From Octopus bimaculoides (taxonomy: Eukaryota), in assembly GCF_001194135.2 (NCBI RefSeq), contig NC_068982.1:109325828-109389827 (forward strand): DNA of 64,000 nucleotides. Direction: 5' to 3'. Shown piece after piece: positions 1-12,189 of the stretch. Made by a program: the position numbers and the translations under genes. The first letter of the stretch is position 1, and every line of letters starts with the position of its first letter. The notes under the pieces were generated by a model. It made no database searches. It was given only the letters and a program-made list of their open reading frames with translations, and was not told the DNA's origin.

Positions 1-54
1 TAGAACCACCACCATCACCCCTCCCCCCCCCACCATCACCACCATCACCACCAT

Positions 55-108
<54 letters not shown>

Positions 109-141
109 AACAACAACAACAACAACAACAACAATAATAAT
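1..141. repeat. Compound trinucleotide microsatellite (CAC/CAT)n-(TAC)n-(AAC)n-(AAT)n
   Basis: Directly visible successive trinucleotide blocks. Confidence 0.95.
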
Positions 142-897
142 AAAAAACATTGGAAGAAATAACACAAATGAGTCAACATAACTTGTCTTGTTTGAACCGG
201 TTTTTGCCGCTTTCTACATGTATTTTCTCACTAACGTGTCCTACTTCAATTTACTTCCTCGACTTATATGCTTTTTTTAAAAACGATTTGAACTTGAACC
301 TAATACTGATACGTCATTATTAATATACAATTGATCTGCTTTAGGAGTAAATTATTCTATATAATTTTCCATGTAAATAAGCATACATATATTTATATAT
401 GCACATATATATGTGAATCTATGGAAAAGAATATATACATGTAAATCTGCATATATATACATATATGTACATTATAGACAAGTTCTTTCCTTCCTTTCAG
501 TATACACACACACGCACATACACACACGGACACGAGTGCGCGCACACACAGAGGCACACACACGCACAAATACAAACACACACACACACTCACATACACC
601 ACACCACACCACAACACAATACACACATATATGTATGTATAGCACTGAGTACGCAATTGTAATTTTATTTTTTCTCATAGTTCGTACGAGTTCCATATAG
701 TTTGTTTCGAACGACAAAGTTCCTAAAATCGATCACCAATGTTTCTAGATATTCATAGCATCATTTTAAAGGTAAAGTGATGCTGGCGTGTTGCTGCATC
801 TTTATAATAAAGCCCAATGTGATTACCACCGGAAACAAAGACACAAACACCCACCACGCACACACTCGCTCGCCTTATATGTATGTAAATATGTATG

Positions 898-937
<40 letters not shown>

Positions 938-1094
938 TATATACATACAGGTATAAGTTAGAGGTGTTTAAAGCCTCTAAGGGACAGATATATCCAAAGG
1001 CACTCCTGGTAATTACCTCAGTATGTATAGTCCTTGGTAAAAGGTATACGGCAGCAGGTAATTTGGCGGGTAAACCGTAGTTTAATTTATATAG

Positions 1095-1455
1095 ACGATT
1101 AGAAAATAGAGGAAAAATAACAATAAGAAGTGTGTCTTTTGCGCTAGGAAGCCATTATTTAATTAGTTAAGAAAGGTGAGAGTGAGAGTGAGTTTAGGAT
1201 CGTTTCTGTGTACCATGGTGAAGAAAATATATATTTACATGTTTGCCTCGTTGCCAATGGTAGACATCATCAGAACGAAGAAGTCAGAGGTAGAGAACAG
1301 GGAAAGGTAGAGGGATACATCGGAAAAGAAAATGATCCAAGGTTCGAAATGATAAAAACTCACTCTCATTCTCACCTTTCTTAACTAATTAAATAATGGC
1401 TTCCTAGTGCAAAAGACACACTTCTTATTGTTATTTTTCCTCCATTTCTTATCGT
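1095..1455. mobile_element. Foldback/MITE-like element with ~110-bp terminal inverted repeats, embedded in (TA)n
   Basis: Left arm 1095-1206 (acgattagaaaatagaggaaaaataacaataagaagtgtgtcttttgcgctaggaagccattatttaattagttaagaaaggtgagagtgagagtgagttt) is the near-perfect reverse complement of right arm 1347-1455; TA runs on both flanks; no ORF. Confidence 0.85.
1233..1276 (-). ncRNA. Degenerate type I hammerhead ribozyme motif (G12 missing)
   Basis: Minus strand reads GUU-CUGAUGA-U-GUCU(loop)AGGC-AAA-CAUG-UA-AAU: intact CUGAUGA, 4-bp helix II, palindromic ACAUGU helix III, short helix I; GAAA lacks its G. Confidence 0.4.
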
Positions 1456-1557
1456 ATATANNNNNNNNNNNNNNNNNNNNNNNNNNNNNNNNNNNNNNNN
1501 NNNNNNNNNNNNNNNNNNNNNNNNNNNNNNNNNNNNATATATATATATATATATAAA

Positions 1558-1757
1558 ACAAAATAAGCAACAGGATATCCAGGGGTAATGCAGTACGATC
1601 GTTTCAAGCGACTCCATTTAATTGAACAATGCAACCATTGCATCAATTTAAATGCAGAGCAATCCTCAGCTGTATAAATACATAGAATTAAATTAAATTA
1701 AATCAGATGGACACGTTAGCATAATTTTGTCTAAAACCTCCAAGAAGGTAAGGAGAT
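1558..1757 (-). repeat. Dispersed ~200-bp repeat, copy A (copy B at 40631-40831, opposite orientation); probable PLE pseudo-LTR/retrozyme-like unit
   Basis: Aligns by eye with the reverse complement of 40631-40831 (shared gttgcttattttg, gaaacgatcgtactgcattacc, cagctgaggattgctctgcatt, tgtccatctg blocks). Confidence 0.9.
1589..1674 (-). ncRNA. Type I hammerhead ribozyme (copy A)
   Basis: Minus strand: UACAG-CUGAGGA-[57-nt hairpin-forming helix II]-GAAA-CGAUCG-UA-CUGCA. Complete CUGANGA/GAAA/UH core, helix I CAG/CUG, self-complementary ACGAUCGU helix III; predicted cleavage between 1594 and 1593. Confidence 0.75.
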
Positions 1758-2228
1758 TGTACTGATTTTGATGGATATTTACTTTTAATATTTTTAGTCT
1801 GAAATTAAAGCACATTTCATATATTACAATAAAATAAAAGCGATATCGTATAGTTAGTGTGCTAAACAAAGTTAGTATACTATCCATATGAATTTTTCCT
1901 GCCTAGCTGATCAAATTTCATCATGGTTTTAGTAATTAATTTATTTATTCCTTTCTTAAAGTGTTCCACCCTCCTGATCTTAGTATTTATAAGGGCCTTT
2001 ATGTAAGTATCTCTTCTAATTAAGTACCCCTAAGAAACTATAATATCATGTATGGATTAACACTAATAACTTTTAAAACCTATAATATACCTCTTAGTTT
2101 ATAATTAGTATATAGTTAGCATGTCCTATAACATCAATATTCCTTTAGCTAATACCAAATAAACAATTTTTAGTTTAAATACTTAGATTATTATACATTT
2201 TCTATAAATCTTCTCTATTGATGTTAAG

Positions 2229-2386
2229 TGGGCCCTACCTGCAAGGTCATGCGCTGTTTATCTTGAAATGAGATCGCCATATCACGCACATATATTTGTG
2301 AAGCCTTTGCCTGGTGTACCCTTTTCAGACGGGTAATGATGGGCTTCGTATATTTAACCCCAGTGTTATTTTGTGTTCTCTCACTC
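2229..2386 (+). mobile_element. Fragment of the ~550-bp non-coding repeat family found full length at 43261-43813 (opposite orientation)
   Basis: tgggccctacctgcaaggtcatgcgctgtttatcttga...ccccagtgt...ctctcactc matches the reverse complement of ~43261-43440; followed by degenerate aataat. Confidence 0.85.
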
Positions 2387-2454
2387 AATAATAGTTATAA
2401 TATTAATAACAAAAAAGAAAAAAAAAAGAAAAAAAAGAAAACAAACGAAATCAG

Positions 2455-2670
2455 CAAGATAGATATATATACCAAGACCAGAAGGGAGCAATGAGCAGAT
2501 TGTGGGGTTGCAGAAAGAGTAAGGTTGTGCCAATTATCATTGGAGTCTTAGGAATGACGCGGAAGAGTTTCAAGGAGTGGACAGAAATGATCGGCTTGCA
2601 GAAGCACCTAGAAGGCATGCAATTGGCTTGCTTGTTAGGAACAGTGAAGATCATTTGAAAGTTCTTGGAT
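2455..2670 (+). pseudogene. 3' end of R4/Dong-like non-LTR retrotransposon ORF (end of RLE endonuclease)
   Basis: Translates as YQDQKGAMSRLWGCRKSKVVPIIIGVLG...MQLACLLGTVKII, matching the KYQDL..E..RLW....VVPIIIGALG...LQKA.LLGTA.ILRKVL C-terminus of RLE-type LINEs; paralleled at 50460-50670. Confidence 0.8.
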
Positions 2671-2968
2671 GGCTGAAGTCACAGCTGGTGACTTGTTATC
2701 AAAGAGTAAATCCACCTGAATTCCATGATAGGAGTGAAATACAAAATGTTTTGAAATATTCCAATTCTATCACATGGAACATTCCAGTTGTTTATCTATT
2801 CTTTGAATGAAGGAAAGCGACACGCTTAAGGGAACTATCTCAGTTACATACTTAGATGTATCCAATGAGTTATTGGTCAAACACATGCACAATCAAAGTT
2901 GGTGGAGCTCCGAACAATTTAAAGTGTCATAGTGCTCCGGAGGTGTGGATAATGTCATTCAGATTTGT

Positions 2969-3071
2969 GGTTGGAGGTCGTAATTGGGTATGTGTAACAA
3001 CAACCATGGGTTGGAGGTTGTAATTGGGTATGTGTAACAACAACCAGGTAATTGGGTATGTGTAACAACAC
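2969..3071. repeat. Short tandem repeat, three copies of gtaattgggtatgtgtaacaaca(acc)
   Basis: Directly visible. Confidence 0.9.
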
Positions 3072-3455
3072 TTTAACGTAAGGTCAGTTTATGAATTATC
3101 AGTGTAGGTATGTTTAAATGACAAAAAATGCATCACCAAATAACGTACTGGAAGAGCACAACATTAATCATTGTTGCAGATACTGAAAAATAATTTGTCT
3201 CCCATCGTGCAAAAAGAAATAACACGAAATATATTGCCAGTAATTGTTATCTTCTGTTGTATTTCTCATATGACAATAAGGCTCGCGTAGGAGAAAAAAT
3301 GTGTAGGAAGTAAAGGAAACTGATGAAGGAAAAGACGAGGTTCTATTGAAAGAGAGTGACGAAAATGAACAGATGCTGACAACAATGAAAACACTATCAG
3401 ATACTTGGTTTCAAGTATGCATTAAGTTGGATAGATTAATTTCCAAAACACCGTG

Positions 3456-3487
<32 letters not shown>

Positions 3488-4149
3488 NNNNNNNNNNNNN
3501 NNNNNNNNNNNNNNNNNNNNNNNNNNNNNNNNNNNNNNNNNNNNNNNNNNNNNNNNNNNNNNNNNNNNNNNNNNNNNNNNNNNNNNNNNNNNNNNNNNNN
3601 NNNNNNNNNNNNNNNNNNNNNNNNNNNNNNNNNNNNNNNNNNNNNNNNNNNNNNNNNNNTATATATATGTAAATATGTGTATACACACACACACGCAATT
3701 CAGGAACAAATAAGAACAAAGGGAAGATGCATACGTGCTTGTGTAGGTGGCTACCTACACAAGGGACATTACTGATTAATATTATTACAATGTAATTTCA
3801 TTGAAATAATTTTTATAGAATCAAGTGTGAAGACTCGATATTAGATGCTAGAAGTGTATTAGAATTATACCTATAGGAACGACGTAATTATCATTGTTGG
3901 AAAGAAGAATGGCTAATAAGTTCGTTACATTTTGTGAAGATTTAATAATCAAAATAAGAAAAATGGCAGCAGTAAAAATTATTGAAATCGTACAAGTATG
4001 TCTGCGGAATTTAGTGATAAATCTCTGAATCAAATCTCTCTAAGATCGACTTAACATTTCATTCTAATAGAATGAAATCGACATTAAATAATCACATATT
4101 CTGTTTATATATTCTGTTGACATACTAATGCACGAAACGGATAATATAT

Positions 4150-4550
4150 CAAATTACCTGGTCATGCGTGCGCCGTTCATGTTCACTGACTTACAACGTT
4201 GTTATAGTGTGTAAATTTTATCAATAGTTTAAGATAGGAATGATTATTTTTGATGGTGTAGAATCATATCAATGCCTGAGGTTATGCATATGCATGATTT
4301 CGATAAGGTTGATGCAACGAACACACGACGGGGTAAATGATTATGATGTTTTAGGTATAAGTTGGTTGTGTGTAAGTTTTGGTGGTCATCTATGAGTTGA
4401 AAGTTGTTTCATAAACAGTATCTCAAAACAAGGCCTGATATCCATTTGAGGGTATATTTAGGAGATGTCAAGTGCTCAATATCGTTAAAAATATGTTAAG
4501 GTATACATAGAAACACAGATGATAACGACTTCTCTGAAATATTTTATATA
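4150..4550 (-). mobile_element. Possible highly decayed Mutator (MULE)-like transposase remnant
   Basis: Minus-strand fragments TVYETTFN...TT...HNHLPRRVFVASTLSK loosely recall the MULE C-terminal W..Y..TL...RTNN..EGWH..F.RRV...HPTL.K motif; many stops. Confidence 0.25.
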
Positions 4551-5082
4551 GTCACTCGTAATTAAAAAAAAAACAAAACAAAAACAAAGAATATGCCAAA
4601 AAGCTTTTCAATCAGCAGTCTAAAAATTCAAGAACGTTGCATAGCTATTTTATAGAATGAAAAGAAACACTGTTTTATAATTAACACGGAATTAACCTCA
4701 GAAAATTTAGCTACTCTTTCTACATAGAAGAACTGTTAAATGAAAATAAAGAAATAAAAAACGAAAACTTCAAGGGAAGATCATACCGATCACTTAGAAA
4801 CGCTTACAGGAAAGTAATGAAGCTATTGCACGCTTGAAGATATCTACTCAAGGAATACTTCAGTTTTTTGGAATGTTTGCTGTTTAAGTATATCAAAATG
4901 TAATGTGTGGGGTAATATATGTTCATGGTTGTTGGCAGCATTCTTTGCAGCTTGGATATATAATTATCTTAGTAGTATATTCACACGCATACACACAAAC
5001 ACACTAACACATGCATACACATCTAACATACGACGGTTGGTGTGTTTCTGTGCATATATTCGTACGTGTGCGTATCTGTGAG

Positions 5083-5230
<148 letters not shown>

Positions 5231-6053
5231 CAAAAAATGGAACAAAAACGTATTAGACAACAACTAAACATTCGGACAGTAGATAATACAAAAAAGGACA
5301 GGAAAAAACAAAGACGGGACATTCGGAGCTTTCAATCTTCAATCGAGAAGCAAATCGTCTTTGCAGTTTAGGCCGGTTAATCTCGAGATTGCTCTAATCT
5401 GGCCAGCCCCAAGGAAATCTAAGCTAAGAGCACTAGATTCTTTGGAAGAAAGCAAACGAATATATACGAAAAAAAAAAACGGAGAAATGGTACACGGTTA
5501 CAAATACAAACAACAAGTGTCTTTCGACTAAGGACGAATTGAATTAAGCTGGCATGTGTGGAAGTATATTTATTTATTTATGTGTTTCAGCCAAGTGGCT
5601 GCGGTCATGCTGGTGCACCACCGTGAAAATATGTATATATGTATATATATCAAGTGCAAAAATACGGTTAGAAGACAAAATGGTGTGGAATTGTTTGAGA
5701 TAAAATATTTTCATAGACTTGTTGCATTAAAAGCGCAATATATATTGGTGCGAGACGAATATTGTCGCTGCAGTGACTCACGNNNNNNNNNNNNNNNNNN
5801 NNNNNNNNNNNNNNNNNNNNNNNNNNNNNNNNNNNNNNNNNNNNNNNNNNNNNNNNNNNNNNNNNNNNNNNNNNNNNNNNNNNNNNNNNNNNNNNNNNNN
5901 NNNNNNNNNNNNNNNNNNNNNNNNNNNNNNNNNNNNNNNNNNNNNNNNNNNNNNNNNNNNNNNNNNNNNNNNNNNNNNNNNNNNNNNNNNNNNNNNNNNT
6001 ATATATATATATATATATATATATACATACATACATACATACATACATACATA

Positions 6054-7260
6054 CAGGGTTATTCAAAAAGAATGTACCGATTTCATTACGCCGATTTCAT
6101 TTTAATAAGGAAAAGCAATAGAAAACCCCAGCTAAGTCACAAGTATTTACTCAGAATCACTTTTATTTCCTGTGGCCACCACCTGCAGCACGGGAAACAT
6201 CAATGCGAATAGAGAATTCCTCCCAGACGCGTATCAGCATATCATGATCCACTGAATTGATCGCTGTTGTTATTCGATGTTTAAGGTAATCGAGGTTAGT
6301 GGGTAGCGGTGGAAGTTTTACATATCCTCACAAGAAAAAATCCCACACGGTAAGGTCTGGGGATCTCGCAGGCCAAGCACAAAGAGTAATCCATTGCTAA
6401 GGCATTTTTTCATTTAAAAACACTCGAACCATCAGGTGCCAATGGGGCGGTACTCCANNNNNNNNNNACCATCAGGTGCCAATGGGGCGGTACTCCATCT
6501 TGTTGAAAAATGAAGTCATGCGAATCTGCTTGCAGTGAAGTGAAGAGCCAGTTTTGGAGCATATCGAGATAGGTTTGTCCTGTAACGGTGTTTCCTTCAA
6601 AGAAAAAGGGACCATAAACTTTATCCTCAGACACAGTACAGAAGATGTTTACGTTAGGGGGATCTCTTTCATGCTCAACTGTTTCATGTGGGTGCTCTGT
6701 GACGGTTGGCTGTGCCGCTCAAGTGAAAAGTCACTTCATCACTAAAAATTAAACGTGAAATGGTTTCATCCTCCATCATCTCTAGTATAGATTCGCAAAA
6801 CTCCATCCGCTTCCTCTTGTCGTCCTTAGCAAGTGCCTGAACGAGGCGTAATCTGTATGGTTTCAAATGTAGACGTCTTCTTAGCACACGCCAGATAGTG
6901 TATTGAGGGATCGCAAGCTCACACTAGCTCAATTTGTGGACTTCCGCGGGCTCCCCTCAGACGCAGCACGGATTCTCGCCACTTGTTTCTCTGAAATTTG
7001 TGGTCGTCTTGGACTTTTTCCTTTACACAGACACCCACTCTCTTGAAACTGTTGAAACCACCGTCGAATGTTCTTAGGAGAGGGCGGATTAATATCGAAT
7101 CGCCTTCGAAAAGCACGCTGCACCGTTACAACCGAATTTGTTTTCTCGAACTCGAGAACGAAGGATGCCTTTTGCTGAGGATTCGCCATTCTGAGTGTAA
7201 ACAAACAACTGAAAGTTGCCGGAAGAACAACGCGACTGCAGTAGCCCTGTGGCAGCCATT
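6054..7260 (-). mobile_element. Tc1/mariner-superfamily DNA transposon (DD37D/DD41D-type), decayed; 5' end lost in gap
   Basis: Fragmented minus-strand transposase: MANPQQKASFVLEFEKTNSVVTVQRAFRRRF (DUF4817-like HTH), IFSDEVTFHLSG (D1), FQQDGVPPHW (D2), WPARSPDLTVWDFFL*GYVK (D3). Terminus cagggttattcaaaaagaatg starts at 6054 after TA. Frameshifts, stops and internal deletions. Confidence 0.9.
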
Positions 7261-8583
7261 CAGAACTTAGAAAACTCCACCGCTACCCACTAACCTCGAT
7301 GACCTTAAACATCGAATAACNNNNNNNNNNNNNNNNNNNNNNNNNNNNNNNNNNNNNNNNNNNNNNNNNNNNNNNNNNNNNNNNNNNNNNNNNNNNNNNN
7401 NNNNNNNNNNNNNNNNNNNNNNNNNNNNNNNNNNNNNNNNNNNNNNNNNNNNNNNNNNNNNNNNNNNNNNNNNNNNNNNNNNNNNNNNNNNNNNNNNNNN
7501 NNNNNNNNNNNNNNNNNNNNNNNNNNNNNNNNNNNNNNNNNNNNNNNNNNNNNNNNNNNNNNNNNNNNNNNNNNNNNNNNNNNNNNNNNNNNNNNNNNNN
7601 NNNNNNNNNNNNNNNNNNNNNNNNNNNNNNNNNNNNNNNNNNNNNNNNNNNNNNNNNNNNNNNNNNNNNNNNNNNNNNNNNNNNNNNNNNNNNNNNNNNN
7701 NNNNNNNNNNNNNNNNNNNNNNNNNNNNNNNNNNNNNNNNNNNNNNNNNNNNNNTGTGTGTGTGTGTGTGTAAACCAATACTCTAACTATTATATACCCG
7801 ATCAAAAACGATTTTGCTCTTCGAAAGTGTAGCAATATTTTTTGTTATGGTCATTTTGAGTAAAGTTTCAAATACGTCTCATGAATAATTGCCTTTTTCT
7901 TTATGACTAGACATTGGTATCGTATCTTCCTTCGATGTACCAGAGGGGAAATCTAAAGCAGCATGAAGCGCACGTAAAAGTAATTGCTGAAATTTTATGT
8001 ATATATTAATAGGTATTGGTTTATAAACAATGCATTTTGAAATAGAGTAGGCATAACATCTCTACTATAACCTAATATAACTTATGGTTCTTAGAACCAG
8101 TCTTTGATTATACATCGTATGGAAGTGCGATACATAACTATATTAGCGTATAAACTTAAGATTTTGTCTCGTTACTACTAAAATATTTGCTTATCAGTAT
8201 TTGTTGGAACCGTTCAAAGCCAGTTTTACTCATAATGTTGCATTCTTTTGATTTGTTTCCCCTTGTTGTTGCTTATTCTTAAGGAACAGTATTAATTTCT
8301 ATTTACAGTATTAGTTTCTTATATCTGCGTTGTTTCATTCACTAACACAATAATCTTATATACAACCCTCCTGCACACGAATGTATTCGCACACATAGAA
8401 GATACAGAAAGACGCGTTCAGACATGTATGTATACATTAACCAAGCCAATCATATTCCATTATTTTACTCTTTTATACAGAGAAGTAATTTACTGTCGAC
8501 GGGTCTATACTTTCTCCACCACAAATGTGCATCGTGAGATACAACAGAACAGTTTGAGTTGTTTATGTGGAAAGCAGTTTTAG

Positions 8584-8591
8584 TAATAATG

Positions 8592-8655
<64 letters not shown>

Positions 8656-8664
8656 CAACAACAA
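8584..8664. repeat. (TAA)n-(CAA)n microsatellite
   Basis: Directly visible. Confidence 0.97.
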
Positions 8665-11289
8665 CTTTCCGTTGGATTATTTCCAAGATTTATACATATG
8701 CTGAGAATTTGCCACAAATGTGTGAATGATACATACCTGGAAATTTAGACAGAGCCAGCATGAATGAAGGCTATAAACAAAACATATTCTATGTCAAAGA
8801 AAGAAAGATTATAAATGAAAGTGCTTACAAATTTTTGTAAAATCCACTTTCAAGTAGTGAAAAATGACAATTATAATACGAAAGCCTAAAATTCTGAAAT
8901 TGTAAAATCTGAATTAGCTATAAAGGAAACTGATATCTTGCAAAATAACGGAAGAAAAATAATCATTTTTATCCTTTTATCCAGAGACTGAATCATTATT
9001 AAGATTATTCCTTGTTTCATAACTTGTGGTTTAAATATTTATATCTAATCTTCTGTTGCTTTGGTACCTATTCAACTCCTTCAATGGAAATTTTCCGTTT
9101 TGAAAATCAAGATTAATGTTATGTTTCTTTCATCTCGGGCTGTCATTATGTTAACAGGAAATATAGCCATATCCCAGAGGAAAGTATTTTCTTACTTATT
9201 AAAAGTCAAGATTTGATACTTTTTTTCCAGCTATTCTCTTATGTGTGAGTAGGTATTTAGTGCGAACTAGATATCTACTCAAGGCTAATATAGTTTCTTT
9301 TAATCCCGAAAAACAGAGTGATAAACAATAGTATTCGTACACAAGATGTTCTACTAAAGCTCATAAATCTATTCGAAGGATTGTATCTACTAATATGACA
9401 CATTTGGTCTTAGGGAGCGGTTTGCAATCTTTTTTATCCACCGAATTTTGGAGGTTTAAGATTGAATGAATAACACAAGTTCACTGAATTCGAAAATATA
9501 GTCTTTGAAATGTACGCAGATATTGGTGTTCATTTTAGTCCTGATACCATAATAATCAACAAAATAGAGTGAATCCATGTACTCGTTTGTCAGTGTTGGT
9601 GGGTCACTTTACTGATTTATCAGTGAAAATTAAACATTTTGAAAATTCTTTGATGTACCTCAAGGTAAAAAATTGCATTGAGCAGTCTAAATATTTACAA
9701 AGCTTCAATCCCACCAAGTCAAATATAAAATTTAGAATCACTTAATATTATATGATATTTTTGAAACTACTTATACTTCGTAAAGAAAGCACACCCAGAA
9801 ACGTTTGTGAAGATTATAAATCGATGTGACCTTCCTTTAATGATATGGTCGTTAAACCCCCTAGAAACTCTTCCGCTCGGTCGAATTTTCTTTTGGCAGA
9901 ATTACCTCGTTGTAGTGAAATCATGTTAAACAATACTTACTCATGTAGTTTAGCTCACCAACGGAATATTTAATAATCATTTAAAGTCGACACGTTTTCA
10001 TTTATGAGTCAAGATAGTAAATTTTGATTGCGGCTTGGAAAAGTCAATCTGATACGCTAAAACTTGTTTCTTATTTCTTTTCATAAAATTTCCTTAGAGA
10101 TCAGAATATCGAAATACATTAATCTTAATGAACTGAATAGCAACATAACAATATTGCTATCATACGTAGAAAAAAATCTATTGTGTTTATATTGTACACA
10201 ATTACAGTCTCTGGAGTACTATAACTTTATAATAAAATGTCATATCTGTAAATTATCTAAAAATTGCTCAAATAGTTTCCCTCTCATTTCAGCAGTTGTG
10301 CACTTTCATAGTGACGGTCGTATGTAAAAATCATCGGTAATATTCAGTTCCACATCTATAATGTTGTCGATTGCAACATAAACTGATGAATATTAATATC
10401 TGCTGTCATTGCCTAAACAATGAGTGTGGCAAATATATCTTCCATAACCACAGATTTCTTCATACTCTTGACAATATTTTACTCGCACGACCAATGGTCA
10501 CTCTCTCTTCTAGAAACTATGGTATTCTCAGCAGAATCACTCACAAGAGTAGTATATTTTGCATTAATCAACTGTACATTATCAGTGGATACATATTATT
10601 TCTGAATTCTAACTCAAACTGTGAATACTTTAGCTACTCATCTTCGTGGTGTCAGCAACATAATTACTCGTTTATTCTTTAGTGTTTTCAGTCATTGGTC
10701 TGTAGTTATAATGGGGTTCGATTTTCGGAGTTTTTAACCGATTATAATACCTCAATAACTTTGTCCGCTACGTATAAGTTTGTAGATGAAAGACAAAGCC
10801 AGCCAAGCATAAAGGAAAGTAAATAACTCGGAACGTACACCATAGGATATTTCAGTTCAGTGCAGCCAAAATGTCTCAAAATGTGATCTTTTCAGAACTA
10901 ACCTTACAAGGAAAAAAAAAAAAAAGACCGCCGCGTGACACATTGAAAGAATCGATTTTGCCATCAAAACAAAATAAATTAGGATTTGATCATTAATCCC
11001 TAATTTGAAAAGCTATAAAACTACATTCATCAAAGCCACACTTATCTCTTCAACACCAACAGGAAGTATCTGTACACTTTTACGTTGTCTGAAAACTTTA
11101 CTTTGTCACTAAATTCTTACAAAGATCCACACTCTAGACCTTACTGGCGTTAAGTGAATTAAACAATCCAGAGATATTTCTTGATTGAGAAAAGTTGTGC
11201 CCATTTTAGAGTGCTGATAGCAATGGAATTTCAATATCTGGCACTTCTATATTTGTTTAGAGGTTAATTGACTAGGTTCATCGTACAGT

Positions 11290-11776
11290 TGGTTGGAAAT
11301 ATTTTGCTAAGTTACGCAGACATTAAGAAATAGAATGTAATGATAATGCAGGATTATCTTCAAGTAATGCCCCAAGGAGCTTATTATCAAACTCAACTGG
11401 ACGTCCTGTTCGGTTTTCATCTTCAAGGTTGAAATCTCCACTTCTGAATTTTGCAAGCCATCTTCTGAAAGTTCTTCCATTCAAGCATTCTTTCCCATAA
11501 ACTGAGTGTATGTTTCGAGTCGCTTCGGCTGCAGAGTTTCCTTTTTTGTACTCAAAGCATTATGTGCCTTAAATGCTCCTTGGATATTCCATGTTAGAAA
11601 GGGTTTTAATCAAAGAAATTTTAATTTTATTATTCTGTAAAATAATATTTAATTAGTTTAAATGTACACAAATGCATAAAAATAATTTTTAATTCGATTA
11701 GACATTCTAAAATACTATTAAATTTCATTCAATTTTAAAAAAGGTAAAATCGGACAGAACTTATGGGATGACCTGA
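11290..11776 (-). mobile_element. 5' portion of a mariner element (TIR plus N-terminal HTH of transposase)
   Basis: Minus strand begins TA-tcaggtcatcccataagttctgtccgatttt (mariner-type TIR), then encodes ...EYKKGNSAAEATRNIHSVYGKECLNGRTFRRWLAKFRSGDFNLEDENRTGRPVEFDNKLLGALLEDNP, typical of Mos1/SETMAR-like transposases. Left boundary approximate. Confidence 0.85.
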
Positions 11777-11852
11777 TANNNNNNNNNNNNNNNNNNNNNN
11801 NNNNNNNNNNNNNNNNNNNNNNNNNNNNNNNNNNNNNNNNNNNNNNNNNNNN

Positions 11853-11889
<37 letters not shown>

Positions 11890-12189
11890 CCCGTCTGTCG
11901 AAACGAGAAATGTTTGCCACAAGCATCTCATCAGTTTTTTTTTTATATAAAAACAAACAAATTATGTACGTCTAAACTTGAGAGAAAGATCGAGCCTTGT
12001 TCATGCTAACTTTTCATAAAAATATGCACTGCAATCTGGTTTTTTTTAAAGTGAGAAATTATGATATTATTTCAAAATAGTAATATTACCTAGATGTTCG
12101 CAATTGTTCGCTACTACAGAAATTATCTAAGGTTCTTATTCCGTAATTATGTACCTCTAGCTGGCTAATTGAAGTAGTGATATGTCACA

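Noticed and set aside
393-717. ORFs such as MRTQCYTY/MNLWKRIY and the many HTHT/CVCV/YIYI/SLSL/poly-V/poly-S ORFs across the window
   Set aside because: Translations of di- and trinucleotide microsatellites that lack stops; no domain content.
5326-5342. Minus-strand UUGAAGA-UU-GAAA-GC-UC resembling a hammerhead
   Set aside because: C3 mutated and helix II absent; cannot be supported as a ribozyme, though the surrounding 5250-5570 may be PLE-derived.
5556-6212. Long ORFs containing X runs (also 7305-7835, 39683-40285, 47966-48799, 53617-54303 beyond the RLE part)
   Set aside because: Length comes from N gaps, not coding sequence.
6428-6500. Direct duplication of catcaggtgccaatggggcggtactcca around a short N gap
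   Set aside because: Typical unmerged contig overlap; assembly artefact.
7268-7320. Inverted copy of 6270-6320 next to a gap
   Set aside because: Internal transposon sequence, not a TIR; most likely a contig-end artefact or a second nearby copy hidden in the gap.
8900-10800. Unique-looking AT-rich stretch possibly from an old hAT-like transposon
   Set aside because: Only vague motif echoes (LVSDSAEN, HTHCL); cannot be supported.
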